The notes under the pieces were generated by a model. That model made no database searches and was not told the DNA's origin. It saw only the letters and a program-made list of their open reading frames with translations. Positions 16,868 to 26,740 of a stretch of 64,000 bases of DNA are shown here, piece after piece. The first letter of the stretch is position 1. The number at the start of each line of letters is the position of its first letter. Origin of the DNA: an uncultured Clostridium sp. (GTDB lineage Bacteria > Bacillota > Clostridia > TANB77 > CAG-508); assembly GCA_902496295.1 (NCBI GenBank), contig CABVAF010000001.1:196568-260567 (forward strand). The letters run 5' to 3'. The translations under genes and the position numbers were made by a program.

Positions 16868-17870
16868 CTTTTTCCATATCTTGAGCTTGAACAGATGTAA
16901 TTGCTACAACTCCAACTATGTCGTCACTACTGCAACCTCTTGACAAGTCATTTACTGCTTTGGCAATTCCTTGGCACAATGGGCCATATGCCTCTGCTCT
17001 ACCAAATCTTTGTACTAATTTATATCCTATATTTCCCGCATCTAAATCTGGGAATATTAAAACATTTGCTCTTCCTGCTACTGGGCTGCCTGGCGCTTTT
17101 CTTTCTGCAACTTCTGGAATAATAGCAGCATCTAATTGTAACTCTCCATCACATATTAAATCAGGTGCTTTTTCTTTTAATATTTTTGTTGCTTCTATAA
17201 CTTTTTCTGTTAAAGGTGAGCTTGCACTTCCATATGTAGAATATGATAACATTGCAACTCTTGGCTCTTCTCCAACTAATTGTTTAAAACTTTTAGCAGA
17301 AGAAATTGCAATTTCAGACAAACCGTCTGCATCTGGGTATTCGTTCATACCACTATCTGCAAATACTAAAACTCCATCTTTTCCGTACTCTGGACATTTA
17401 GTTACCATTAAGAAAAATGCTGATGCTAGTTTTGTTCCAGGAGCTGTTTTAAGTATTTGAAGTGCTGGCCTTAATGTATGGGCTGTTGGATGACATGCAC
17501 CAGATACTATACCGTCTGCATCTCCAACTTTTACCTTCATAGTTCCAAAATAAATTGGATCTTTCATTATCTCCCTTGCTTTTTCTGGTGTCATTCCTTT
17601 AGCTTTTCTTAATTCATAAAATTTGTCTGCATATTCTTCGAATTTCTCGCTTTTTAAAGGGTCAATTATTGTTACTTTTGATACATCTATATTATTATCT
17701 GAAGCTATCTTTTTTACGTTTTCTTCATCTCCAATTAATACAGCTTTAGCAAATCCTTCTTTTTCTACATCTGCTGCTGCCTGTACTACACGTACGTCTT
17801 CACTTTCTGGTAATAATATTGTTTTAATATTTTGTCTAGCTTTTTCTTTCATTACTTCAACAAAAGACAT
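16860..17870 (-). CDS. pta: Phosphate acetyltransferase
   Basis: 336 aa. Typical short Pta: RVVQAA, GMVSGA-like DGIVSGA, ANVLIFPDLDAGNIGYKL, RGCSSDDIV. Confidence 0.93.
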   Translation of the reverse strand: MSFVEVMKEKARQNIKTILLPESEDVRVVQAAADVEKEGFAKAVLIGDEENVKKIASDNNIDVSKVTIIDPLKSEKFEEYADKFYELRKAKGMTPEKAREIMKDPIYFGTMKVKVGDADGIVSGACHPTAHTLRPALQILKTAPGTKLASAFFLMVTKCPEYGKDGVLVFADSGMNEYPDADGLSEIAISSAKSFKQLVGEEPRVAMLSYSTYGSASSPLTEKVIEATKILKEKAPDLICDGELQLDAAIIPEVAERKAPGSPVAGRANVLIFPDLDAGNIGYKLVQRFGRAEAYGPLCQGIAKAVNDLSRGCSSDDIVGVVAITSVQAQDMEKDE

Positions 17871-17903
17871 TTTTATTCCTCCCTATTAATTTTTTACGAT
17901 ACT

Positions 17904-17932
17904 ATTATATAAATTTTTAAGCAAAAGTACAA
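17904..17932 (-). promoter_or_regulatory. Candidate sigma-A promoter for pta operon (TTGTAC-17-TATAAT)
   Basis: On the minus strand, the -35 is at 17927-17932 and the -10 at 17904-17909. Confidence 0.4.
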
Positions 17933-17987
17933 TACTTTTTCCAAGAAATGTGATAAAATATAGTAAATTTAATAAAGGATTAATTAT

Positions 17988-18878
17988 ATGGAAATTAATT
18001 ATACAGTAAAAGAAAATAACAAAACTATAAAACAAATTTTAAAAGAAAATTTGTTTATTTCTGATAAACTTTTAACTTTTTTAAAGAATAATAAATTAAT
18101 TACACTTAACAATAGTAGCATAACTAATCTTAATATTTATGTCACACCCAATGATGTAATTATAGTAAATTTAGACTTTGAAGAAGATAATAGTAATATT
18201 GTACCTATAGAAATGAACTTAGATATTCTTTATGAAGATGAATCTTTGCTTATATTAAACAAGCCTGTTGGAATACCTGTACATCCTTCAATTCTCCATT
18301 ATACTAATAGCTTGTCAAATGGAGTAAAGTACTATTTTGATACAATCAATTTAAAGAAAAAAATAAGACCTGTAAACAGACTAGACAGAAATACTTCTGG
18401 TATTGTTATATTTGCTAAAAATCAATATGTTCAAGAATGTTTAATACATCAAATGCAAACAAAAGATTTTAAAAAATTTTACTTAGCAGTTATAGAAGGT
18501 CACTTGGATAGGTTAGAAGGAACTATCAGTGCACCAATAGCTAGAAAGGAAAACAGCATTATAGAAAGATGCATAGATAAGAATGGAGAAAATGCTATTA
18601 CCCACTACAAAGTTTTAGAGCAAAATTTTGAAAGAAACTATGACTTAATAGAGTGTTTACTTGAAACTGGTAGAACACATCAAATTAGAGTACACTTTTC
18701 ATATATAGGTCATCCTTTAATTGGTGATACACTATATGGTAATACATCTACTTACATTAATAGACAAGCTCTCCATGCATACAAAGTAGAATTTATACAC
18801 CCTATAACTAATAAACATATGCAATTTACGGCTGATTTGCCAAAAGATTTTTCCTTATTTTTGATATACTCAAGCTAA
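17988..18878 (+). CDS. RluA-family 23S rRNA pseudouridine synthase (RluD-like)
   Basis: 296 aa. Motifs HPS, VNRLDRNTSGIVIFAK, GRTHQIRVHF. Confidence 0.88.
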   Translation: MEINYTVKENNKTIKQILKENLFISDKLLTFLKNNKLITLNNSSITNLNIYVTPNDVIIVNLDFEEDNSNIVPIEMNLDILYEDESLLILNKPVGIPVHPSILHYTNSLSNGVKYYFDTINLKKKIRPVNRLDRNTSGIVIFAKNQYVQECLIHQMQTKDFKKFYLAVIEGHLDRLEGTISAPIARKENSIIERCIDKNGENAITHYKVLEQNFERNYDLIECLLETGRTHQIRVHFSYIGHPLIGDTLYGNTSTYINRQALHAYKVEFIHPITNKHMQFTADLPKDFSLFLIYSS

Positions 18879-19239
18879 TAATTCCGATAATTAATTTTGT
18901 TACTATTATCTCTAATGTAAGTAAGAAATCAGTTATATCTTGATTAAATAATTCTACATATATTTTTCCTAAGTTTTGGTTATGTTCTGCTGAAAAACCT
19001 TTTTTCTTTAATTGATTATCATCAATATAGTAAACTGTAAACTTTTCTGGTGGATGAAGACCTATATTTTCCCTTGTTGCAAATAATACTTGTGCATTTT
19101 CTAATTTTAAACATTGCTTTTGTTCATTAGTAATATACATAATTCTAGTAAAATAATTTGTATAATATAACCATGGTATCAATATCACTAATAAAGTTAT
19201 TAAAGTTGCTAAAAATATACATAAAAATTTTTTAATCAT
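18826..19239 (-). CDS. Hypothetical bitopic membrane protein (137 aa)
   Basis: N-terminal and C-terminal hydrophobic helices. The 3' end overlaps the convergent rluD-like gene by 53 nt. No family recognised. Confidence 0.4.
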   Translation of the reverse strand: MIKKFLCIFLATLITLLVILIPWLYYTNYFTRIMYITNEQKQCLKLENAQVLFATRENIGLHPPEKFTVYYIDDNQLKKKGFSAEHNQNLGKIYVELFNQDITDFLLTLEIIVTKLIIGIISLSISKIRKNLLANQP

Positions 19240-19362
19240 TATAAAATCACCTTTATTAAAATATATACATATGTTCTTTAGTTGTCAATGCTATATCTAT
19301 TTTGTTACAATCTTGAATACATTTGCCGATTTCGATATATATCCACAACTGTAACTTGTATT

Positions 19363-19794
19363 TCATATCCTTTCTTTTTGATTTTTTATGTAAATGATCA
19401 TCTCCATAATTCCATAAATGCTACATCCTATTACTATCATTATAGCCAAAATTGAATTAATTTTGGCTATTTTCCCATTACTATATCCGTTATCTCTTAT
19501 GTATCTTTTTAGGTCTAAATTATCATTATCATCATATAAAGCTTCTCTTTTCTCTCCATCTCCGTATTCTATAAATAAATACCAATCTCCAAATCCAGCC
19601 ATATATCCTATTTTTTTTATTGGTTTCTCTATTAGATTGTTATCATTAATTAAACTATTAACCAATTTAGCATCTTCTTCGTCTATATTTATGTAATAGA
19701 CATTCTTTAACAGATTAATAAAATTAAATGGTATTGATATTAAACATACAATAACTATTATAGTAATTATAAATATCCTTATTCTTTTTCTCAT
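19363..19794 (-). CDS. Hypothetical bitopic membrane protein (143 aa)
   Basis: The track start is 19806, but GGAG lies inside it, 6 nt before ATG 19794 (MRKRIRIFI...). N- and C-terminal TM helices flank a roughly 80-aa acidic domain. Confidence 0.45.
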   Translation of the reverse strand: MRKRIRIFIITIIVIVCLISIPFNFINLLKNVYYINIDEEDAKLVNSLINDNNLIEKPIKKIGYMAGFGDWYLFIEYGDGEKREALYDDNDNLDLKRYIRDNGYSNGKIAKINSILAIMIVIGCSIYGIMEMIIYIKNQKERI

Positions 19795-19865
19795 ATAAAT
19801 CTCCATTTTTCTTTTTATTTTAACTCTATCATTAGATTTTTACAAGTCTTACGCTATTATCGCAC

Positions 19866-19900
19866 ATAAAAATGAGGAAGCTAAAAGCCTCCTCATTTTT
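19866..19900 (-). terminator. Intrinsic terminator 3' of RNase P RNA
   Basis: AATGAGGA (19871-19878) pairs with TCCTCATT (19890-19897), followed by a U-run on the minus strand. Confidence 0.6.
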
Positions 19901-19903
19901 GCT

Positions 19904-20249
19904 AAAGTAAATCTATAAGCCGGGTTCTGTCTAGGACAGTCATTTATCTAGTACATATATTGCTATATGTCTTATGCCACCAAATTAAGAAGACGACGAG
20001 CAGTCTTAACCTTCTTGTCTCGGTGTTGCTCCAGATGGGGTTTACACAGTCCCAGTATGTCACCATACCAGCGGTAGGCTCTTACCCTGCCTTTTCATCC
20101 TTACCTATATAATAGGCGGTTATTTTCTGTTGCACTTTCCTTAAGGTTTCCCTCACTGGACGTTATCCAGCATCATTGCTCTGTGGAGCCCGGACTTTCC
20201 TCGTACGCTATCTTTCGACATTGCTATACGCGACTGTCCAATTTACTTA
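19904..20249 (-). ncRNA. rnpB: RNase P RNA, bacterial type A
   Basis: The minus strand carries GAGGAAAGTCCGGGCTCCACAGAGCA (P4 5' strand) and GACTGTCCTAGACAGAACCCGGCTTATAG (P4 3' strand). It also has AGTGCAACAGAAAATAACCGCC and GGTAAGAGCCTACCG blocks colinear with E. coli M1 RNA. P1 pairs AAGTAAAT with ATTTACTT. Confidence 0.9.
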
Positions 20250-20262
20250 TACATGCATTATA

Positions 20263-20291
20263 ATTATACTATATTTTTCATTATAAATCAA
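20263..20291 (-). promoter_or_regulatory. Candidate promoter for rnpB (TTGATT-17-TATAAT)
   Basis: On the minus strand, the -35 is at 20286-20291 and the -10 at 20263-20268, about 14 nt upstream of the P1 5' end. Confidence 0.45.
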
Positions 20292-20349
20292 TTTTTATTC
20301 AAGCATATTTTTTAATAATATGCATACTCTAAATAAATCTTATATTTCT

Positions 20350-21264
20350 TTATTCTAAACTTTGTATTTCTTGCATAAAATTCTTATAATTAATATAAAA
20401 TATATCCACATCTTTAGAACTTGTACTTCTTTGTAATTCTTTTAATAATATATATGTTTGGCTAACTCCTGCAGGATTTTTGCTATTCATTTCAACATTA
20501 TTAATTATCCCGCCATATTCATTTAATGCATTGTCCAGTCTTTTATTTATTTCGTCCCAATTCTGGTCCTCTGTCAGCACATAAGCATTTAACACTTGTA
20601 GTTTTGTATCTAACAAATTAGTAAAAATATCATCTGTTGAATTGCTACTATACTTAGGAAGTAATGCATATAATTTAAGCAAATTGTTCATTGTGTCTTT
20701 CTTATTTTCATCTTTGGCACTTTTTGTAGCATCATTAAGAAAAATGTTAAATGATAGTATATCTTCGCTATTTATACTTAACCCATTCATATCTAACGCA
20801 ATTGTACTCCATGATGAATATAACGACTCTAATATTCCCTTTAGTAAATTCCAATCTGTATCTTTTCCTCTAGTAGTCAATACTCCATTTTTCTCCATGG
20901 TCATTATACTTTGTGTTTGTGAAGAATTTCCTGAATCCTGGCTACTACTTTGAGATTCCCCACCTTCTTGGCTCAAACTTTCAGAAGCTTGTCCATCTTG
21001 AGTAGAACTTTGATTTTGTTGTCCAGTTTCTTCACCTTGGTTTGATTGAATATTTCTACTAGACACTTTGTAATTATCATAAGATAAGTTATTTATTATA
21101 TTTAATGTGGATATAATAGTATTATCTAGATAAGATATTTCCTCTTTAACTTTTGCCTTTAACTTTTCATTACTATCTTGGTTATCTTGATTAGAACATC
21201 CTGTTAAAACAAATATTAACATAAACATTAAAATAATATACAAATACTTAATATTCTTTCTCAT
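20350..21264 (-). CDS. Putative lipoprotein with S/Q/E-rich low-complexity linker
   Basis: Signal peptide plus lipobox LTGC|S. Residues about 70-110 are QGEETGQQNQSSTQDGQASESLSQEGGESQSSSQDSGNSSQTQS. No family recognised. Confidence 0.55.
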   Translation of the reverse strand: MRKNIKYLYIILMFMLIFVLTGCSNQDNQDSNEKLKAKVKEEISYLDNTIISTLNIINNLSYDNYKVSSRNIQSNQGEETGQQNQSSTQDGQASESLSQEGGESQSSSQDSGNSSQTQSIMTMEKNGVLTTRGKDTDWNLLKGILESLYSSWSTIALDMNGLSINSEDILSFNIFLNDATKSAKDENKKDTMNNLLKLYALLPKYSSNSTDDIFTNLLDTKLQVLNAYVLTEDQNWDEINKRLDNALNEYGGIINNVEMNSKNPAGVSQTYILLKELQRSTSSKDVDIFYINYKNFMQEIQSLE

Positions 21265-21426
21265 TATAAAATTCTTCCCTTCTAATTTTCTATTTTACAC
21301 AATAATACTTTTTCTTATATTATTCTTGCCTAAAAATTACATTTTATTCTAAGTATAGTTATAATAATATTGATTTATAATAATTTTATAAATTAATTCT
21401 TCAAAGAAAGGATTACTTATTCTAAT

Positions 21427-21750
21427 ATGGAAAGTACAGTTAGGTTATATAGCTCAAAATTTGGGGAAATATCCAAATTCTTAAGCAAATTTTTTAGTGA
21501 TTATGAAAATTTTATAGATAAAGCTGCCAACAAACACACACAAGAAAGCGTAAACAAACGAGCTCTAGAATGGGAAAAGAGCTACCGTAATCCTGTTGAA
21601 ATTGCAGATATTATTGGAGCTCTTATTGAAAATAATGACAAATTTAAAATAAATATGTGGATTAGTATTGACGAAGGAATTTTTATAAATGTTACAGATT
21701 ATAATGCAGACGAAATAATTAGATATTTATATGAAAGATTCCCATGGTAA
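21427..21750 (+). CDS. Hypothetical cytosolic protein (107 aa)
   Basis: Clean ORF, one of only five plus-strand genes in the window. No motif recognised. Confidence 0.45.
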   Translation: MESTVRLYSSKFGEISKFLSKFFSDYENFIDKAANKHTQESVNKRALEWEKSYRNPVEIADIIGALIENNDKFKINMWISIDEGIFINVTDYNADEIIRYLYERFPW

Positions 21751-21776
21751 AATAAACTTATTTTAATACAAAAAAT

Positions 21777-21818
21777 ACACCTCCAAACGTTAGGTTTTTG
21801 TCTAACTTTTTGGGGTGT
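21777..21818. terminator. Imperfect palindromic hairpin between convergent genes
   Basis: ACACCTCCAAACGTTAG (21777-21793) pairs with CTAACTTTTTGGGGTGT (21802-21818), 14 of 17 bases. The left arm is nearly identical to the hairpin at 2469. Confidence 0.5.
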
Positions 21819-21825
21819 ACTTCAT

Positions 21826-22809
21826 TTATTCACTCTTTTTCTCACGAGTCATTAATCTTGTTACTGCTTCATTTGGTTTTAAACCATTATATAATACATC
21901 ATATACTGCATTTACAATTGGCATTTCAATATTATACTTTTTCGCTAAAGCATGTGCAACATCTATATTATCCACACTTTCAATTGTCATACCAATTTCT
22001 TTCTTTGTTTCTTCTAGTGTCATTCCTCTTCCTATGCATCTCCCTGCTCTTCTATTTCTACTATGCTCACTTAAACATGTTACAATTAAATCTCCTAAAC
22101 CAGTTAAACCATAAAAAGTTTCTTTATTAGCTCCCATTGCCACACCTAAATTTGTTATTTCCTTTAATCCTCTTGTAATAAGTGCTGCCAAAGTATTATC
22201 TCCTAGTTTCTGCTCTACTGCTATACCTGCACAAAATGCAATTATATTTTTTAGTGCTGCACCAAGTTCTACTCCTTTTACATCTTTACTTGTATAAATA
22301 CGTAAATGCTCATCCATAAAAGTATCTTGAATTGTAGATAAAACCTCTTCATTTTTTGAAGCTATTACAATTGCTGTTGGAATCTGAATTGATACCTCTT
22401 CTGCATGACTTGGTCCACAAAAAATTCCATACTTTGCATTTGGAATTTCTTCTTCTACGATTTCACTTAAAGTATATAATGTATCTGATTCGAATCCCTT
22501 TGAACAAACCGCTATTATTTGATCTCTTACATAGTCTTTATATTTTTTTATAGTATCTCTTACAAATTTAGATGGTGTAACATGTAAAATAATATCTGCA
22601 TCTGAAACAACTTCCTCTATATTTGTACTACAATAAATACTTTCTGGCATTTTAGCATCTGGTAAAAATTTGCACTTTTTTTCATTATTAATTAAGTTTG
22701 CTTCTTCTTCCGAAAAAGACCATATTTTTACTTCATTACCTAAATTAGAAGCATGAATTGCTAAAGCGCAACCCCAACTTCCGCTTCCTATAACAGCTAT
22801 TTTCTTCAC
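21826..22809 (-). CDS. gpsA: NAD(P)H-dependent glycerol-3-phosphate dehydrogenase
   Basis: 327 aa. GTG start with AAGGAG RBS. MKKIAVIGSGSWGCALA, GPSHAEEV, NRRAG. Confidence 0.92.
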   Translation of the reverse strand: MKKIAVIGSGSWGCALAIHASNLGNEVKIWSFSEEEANLINNEKKCKFLPDAKMPESIYCSTNIEEVVSDADIILHVTPSKFVRDTIKKYKDYVRDQIIAVCSKGFESDTLYTLSEIVEEEIPNAKYGIFCGPSHAEEVSIQIPTAIVIASKNEEVLSTIQDTFMDEHLRIYTSKDVKGVELGAALKNIIAFCAGIAVEQKLGDNTLAALITRGLKEITNLGVAMGANKETFYGLTGLGDLIVTCLSEHSRNRRAGRCIGRGMTLEETKKEIGMTIESVDNIDVAHALAKKYNIEMPIVNAVYDVLYNGLKPNEAVTRLMTREKKSE

Positions 22810-22861
22810 TTTACTTTCTCCTTTAGTTTTATTTTATATTAAATTATTCCTCTGAAATATT

Positions 22862-22910
22862 AAAACTAAAACAATATTTACAATTAATAATTAAATATTA
22901 TTTTAGTTTT
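22862..22910. repeat. Long AT-rich inverted repeat (19-bp arms, 1 mismatch) between plsY and gpsA
   Basis: AAAACTAAAACAATATTTA ... TAAATATTATTTTAGTTTT. TTTACAAT recurs three times nearby. The function (terminator or operator) is unclear. Confidence 0.4.
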
Positions 22911-22953
22911 ACAATGCTAAATTATTAAATGTTTTACAATTAAATAAATATTA

Positions 22954-23598
22954 TTATTTTAAATTACTTTTTTTAAAACTAATTTTATTCTCTTTTCCTG
23001 TAAATATTCTTTTTAAGTTTTCTCTATGATTAAATAACACTAAAGCAGCTATTATTATACTAAATATTAAATAACTCCAATTGTTAACTGGTACAATGTA
23101 ATTTTGACCTATAAACACTACTAAAACTGGGAATAATACCGCTGCTGCAATAGAACCTACAGACACCATTCTTGTAATTGCCATTAAAATTAATGCAAAT
23201 ACTAAACAAATTAATCCAATTTGCCAGTTAATCATTAATAATACTCCTAATGAAGTAGCAATTCCCTTTCCACCTTTAAAACCAAAGAAAATTGGAAAAG
23301 TATGTCCCACAATTACAAATATTCCTGCTAATTGTACAAGTAAAGCATCATCTAAACCATCTACAATATTTCCTATTAATATGGCTATTAAAATAACAAC
23401 TACACCTTTTAAAATATCACATAAAAGTGTTATAATTGCTGCTTTAACTCCAACACTTCTTAACATATTTGTAGTTCCAGCATTTCCGCTTCCCTTTTCT
23501 CTTACATCAAATCCTGCCATTCTTTTACTAATAATAACTGAAAAATTAATACTTCCAACTAAATATGCAATAATTGCAATAATAATATATGCTGCCAT
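22954..23598 (-). CDS. plsY: Acyl-phosphate:glycerol-3-phosphate acyltransferase
   Basis: 214 aa membrane protein. GSGNAGTTN, FKGGKGIATS. Confidence 0.9.
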   Translation of the reverse strand: MAAYIIIAIIAYLVGSINFSVIISKRMAGFDVREKGSGNAGTTNMLRSVGVKAAIITLLCDILKGVVVILIAILIGNIVDGLDDALLVQLAGIFVIVGHTFPIFFGFKGGKGIATSLGVLLMINWQIGLICLVFALILMAITRMVSVGSIAAAVLFPVLVVFIGQNYIVPVNNWSYLIFSIIIAALVLFNHRENLKRIFTGKENKISFKKSNLK

Positions 23599-23667
23599 AA
23601 TTTAACTTCCTTTCCTCAATTTTTATATAACCTTATTTGTAAAGTTCTAATTTATTTTATACCACCT

Positions 23668-23703
23668 ATAAAAAAATAGCAAGACTATCCTGCTATTTTT
23701 TTC
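23668..23703 (-). terminator. Intrinsic terminator downstream of der
   Basis: ATAGCAAG (23676-23683) pairs with CCTGCTAT (23689-23696), 7 of 8 bases, flanked by A6 and T7 runs. Confidence 0.5.
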
Positions 23704-25032
23704 TTAATATTCTTTCTCTCCTCTTTCTCTTACAATCATTCTAATTGGTGTTCCTTCTAATCCAAACTCTTTTCTTATTTGATTAGACAAATACCTTTCG
23801 TATGAAAAGTGAAATAACTTTTTATCATTTACAAATACCACAAATGTTGGTGGTTTTGTAGAAGCTTGCGTCATGTAATATATTCTTAATCTTTTTCCTT
23901 TATCTGTTGGTGGCTGAACAATTGCTATAGCCTCATTTAACACTTGATTTAGTACAGATGTAGAAACTCTTAGTGCATTCTGATTTGCTACATTATTAAT
24001 CATACTAAATAACTTATCTACCCTTTGACCAGTTTTAGCTGATATAAATATAATTGGTGCATATGATAAGTACGATAATTTATTATATACGTCTTTTTTA
24101 TATTTTTCTAATGTTCCATTTTCTTTCTCGTATTCGTCCCATTTATTTACTACAATAATAATACCTTTGCCAGCTTCATGTGCCTCACCTGCAATTGTTG
24201 CATCTTGAGCAGTTACCCCTTCATTTGCATCTATCATAAGTAAACACACATCTGCTCTTTCCACAGCAAGAAGGGTTCTCATTATACTGTATTTTTCTAA
24301 ATTATCTTCAATTTTACTTTTTCTTCTTATACCTGCCGTATCTATAAAAACATATTTACCATATTCATTTTCAAACTCAGAATCTATTGCGTCTCTTGTT
24401 GTACCTGCAATATTACTTACTATAACTCTATTTTCTCCTAAAATTTTATTTACTAGTGAAGACTTCCCAACATTTGGCTTTCCTATAATTGCAACCTTTA
24501 TTGTTAAATCATCTTCTGCATTTTCTTCTTCAGGTGGCAATTTCTCATATATTGCATCTAATACATCTCCAATACCTTTTGCATTTGCCGCAGATACTGG
24601 ATATGGGTCACCTAACCCTAAATTATAAAATTCGTATAGTTCTGCTGGTTCCTTTCCATAAGTATCTGATTTATTACAAACTAAAATAACAGGTTTTTTT
24701 GATTTTCTAAGCATTAATGCTATGTCTTCATCTGCTGCTGTAATTCCTTGCTTTATATCAGTTATAAACACTATAACATCTGCCAAGCTAATAGCTATAT
24801 CTGCTTGTCTTCTCATTTGAGATAATATAACATCATCTGACTCTGGTTCTATTCCACCAGTATCTATTAAAGTAAAATCTCTACCTCTCCAGTTTGCATC
24901 TGCTGTAATTCTGTCTCTGGTAACTCCTGGAACGTCTTCTACTATAGAAATTCTTTTTCCTACTATATAATTAAAAAAAGTAGACTTTCCAACATTTGGT
25001 CTACCTATAATTGCTACTGCTGGTTTTGACAT
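23704..25032 (-). CDS. der: Ribosome-associated GTPase Der/EngA
   Basis: 442 aa. Two G domains (GRPNVGKST and GKPNVGKSS, DTGG/DTAG, NKxD twice) plus a KH-like C-terminus. Confidence 0.94.
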   Translation of the reverse strand: MSKPAVAIIGRPNVGKSTFFNYIVGKRISIVEDVPGVTRDRITADANWRGRDFTLIDTGGIEPESDDVILSQMRRQADIAISLADVIVFITDIKQGITAADEDIALMLRKSKKPVILVCNKSDTYGKEPAELYEFYNLGLGDPYPVSAANAKGIGDVLDAIYEKLPPEEENAEDDLTIKVAIIGKPNVGKSSLVNKILGENRVIVSNIAGTTRDAIDSEFENEYGKYVFIDTAGIRRKSKIEDNLEKYSIMRTLLAVERADVCLLMIDANEGVTAQDATIAGEAHEAGKGIIIVVNKWDEYEKENGTLEKYKKDVYNKLSYLSYAPIIFISAKTGQRVDKLFSMINNVANQNALRVSTSVLNQVLNEAIAIVQPPTDKGKRLRIYYMTQASTKPPTFVVFVNDKKLFHFSYERYLSNQIRKEFGLEGTPIRMIVRERGEKEY

Positions 25033-25084
25033 TTTCTCACCTTCTTATAAAATACTTTAACCTCATACTATTTTACTATACATA

Positions 25085-25127
25085 AGAAAAAATAGCAAGT
25101 CTAAACTGTTTAAACTTGCTATTTTAA
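25085..25127 (-). terminator. Intrinsic terminator downstream of the amylase gene
   Basis: AATAGCAAGT (25091-25100) pairs with ACTTGCTATT (25114-25123), followed by a U-run on the minus strand. Confidence 0.6.
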
Positions 25128-25197
25128 AGCATTTATCATAAAAACTACACTTATTTTACATTTAACTCTTCACTTGCCATTTTAATAAATTTTATAA

Positions 25198-26676
25198 TTA
25201 TTCATATATACTATTCTTTTTTATCCATACAGATACACTTCCACCGTTGCAATAAAATATTCCATTTCCTTCACTATCTACATATACAGTTTCTTTTAAA
25301 TTGCCTGTGCAGTCATATAAAATAGAGTTAGCAAGCCTTGTACCAACATTCATCTGTTTAGATCCTCCTGGTCCATCTGACATTACTACAGCCATTCCAG
25401 AATCTGTGTGCTCATAATCTCCAGATAAGGTCCATCCGATAATGTTTGGGTGGTCAAAATAATCTCTTAAATCTCCATATGCAAAATATTTTCTTGCCAT
25501 TATTAATTTCTCTAGTATATCTTTTTTATCTTGAATATTATCATGTGGAATTCCATAGTAATCTCCGTAAAATATGCATGGCAACCCAGCTTTTCTTAAT
25601 AAAATAATTGCATAAGCTAAAGGTTTAAACCAATCTTGAACCCATGAATATAAAGATTGCCCAGGCTGTGTATCATGATTATCTACAAATGTTACAGCTT
25701 TGTCAGGATTTGCTTTAACTAAACTATTATCAAGTATAGTCCTCATATCAAAGTTTCCACCACTATTTGATGCATTAAAGAAATTATAGTGAAGCGGAAC
25801 ATCAAATAACTTCATTACTCCATCTGTTTCTTTTATATAATTTTGTAATGACATTAAATTTGTTGTCCAATACTCTCCTACTGCTGGAAGTTCTTTTCCT
25901 GTTTGGGTCCTTAAATTTTTTAACCATTTTTCAAGAAAATCTGCTCTAATATGTTTTACTGCATCTAGCCTAAACTCATCAATGTTTGTTATATCTAAAT
26001 ACCATTTTCCCCATTTTATTAGCTCGTCAGATACATCAACATTATTAAAATCTATGTCACAGCCCATTAAATAGTCATAATTTCCATTTTCTTTATCTAC
26101 ATCATTATCCCAATGCTTTCCATAAAACTTAAAAATACCATGTTTCTTCTCTTTATCGTCCCAATCTGTTCCATGAAAATGTGTCCAATTCCATTTAAAG
26201 TCTGAATACTTATTATTTCTTGCATCAAAATTATATTTAGTCCATGCCTCTATAAGTTTTGGCTCAGATATATCCACATTTCTATTATTGCCCATCTCTT
26301 CTGTTGCCATAACTTCTTCTTTATCGTCTGCACCCATTCTATGATTAAATACAATGTCAGCTATAACGGAAATTCCATTACCTTTTAATGTTTTTATTGC
26401 ATCAATATACTCTTGCTTTGTACCATATTTTGTTTCTATGCTTCCTTTTTGATTAAACTCGCCTAAATCATATAGGTCATAAACAGCATATCCTGTATCA
26501 TTTTTTCCTCCTATGCATTTATATGCAGGAGGTAACCATATAGATGTTATTCCAATAGTCTCTAAATAGCTGGCTTGTGTTCGTACTTTCTCCCATAGTT
26601 TACACTCAGGACTTAAGTACCATTCAAAATATTGCATCATTGTTTCATTTATTTTGCTCACAAGTATCCTCTCCAA
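25198..26676 (-). CDS. Cytoplasmic GH13 alpha-amylase
   Basis: 492 aa, no signal peptide. GH13 regions I DIVFNH, II FRLDAVKHI, III GEYW, IV FVDNHD. Confidence 0.88.
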   Translation of the reverse strand: MERILVSKINETMMQYFEWYLSPECKLWEKVRTQASYLETIGITSIWLPPAYKCIGGKNDTGYAVYDLYDLGEFNQKGSIETKYGTKQEYIDAIKTLKGNGISVIADIVFNHRMGADDKEEVMATEEMGNNRNVDISEPKLIEAWTKYNFDARNNKYSDFKWNWTHFHGTDWDDKEKKHGIFKFYGKHWDNDVDKENGNYDYLMGCDIDFNNVDVSDELIKWGKWYLDITNIDEFRLDAVKHIRADFLEKWLKNLRTQTGKELPAVGEYWTTNLMSLQNYIKETDGVMKLFDVPLHYNFFNASNSGGNFDMRTILDNSLVKANPDKAVTFVDNHDTQPGQSLYSWVQDWFKPLAYAIILLRKAGLPCIFYGDYYGIPHDNIQDKKDILEKLIMARKYFAYGDLRDYFDHPNIIGWTLSGDYEHTDSGMAVVMSDGPGGSKQMNVGTRLANSILYDCTGNLKETVYVDSEGNGIFYCNGGSVSVWIKKNSIYE

Positions 26677-26740
26677 TTCTATTAGTTACAAAATTATTTT
26701 AATATTAGATTTTTATAAAGTACTAAATATAATCTAAAAT

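Noticed and set aside
16918-17460. 180-aa plus-strand ORF inside pta. Similar long antisense ORFs lie at 56972..57493, 57512..57826, 21798..22130, 2997..3371, 39213..39590, 48895..49377 and 52748..53158.
   Set aside because: All lie antisense within genes that have strong motif support. Their compositions are typical of reverse-frame translation, and none has an RBS.
19904-20249. Third GC-rich patch, considered as another foreign island
   Set aside because: It is explained by the structured RNase P RNA. Conserved P4 strands and type-A blocks are present, and it has no coding potential.
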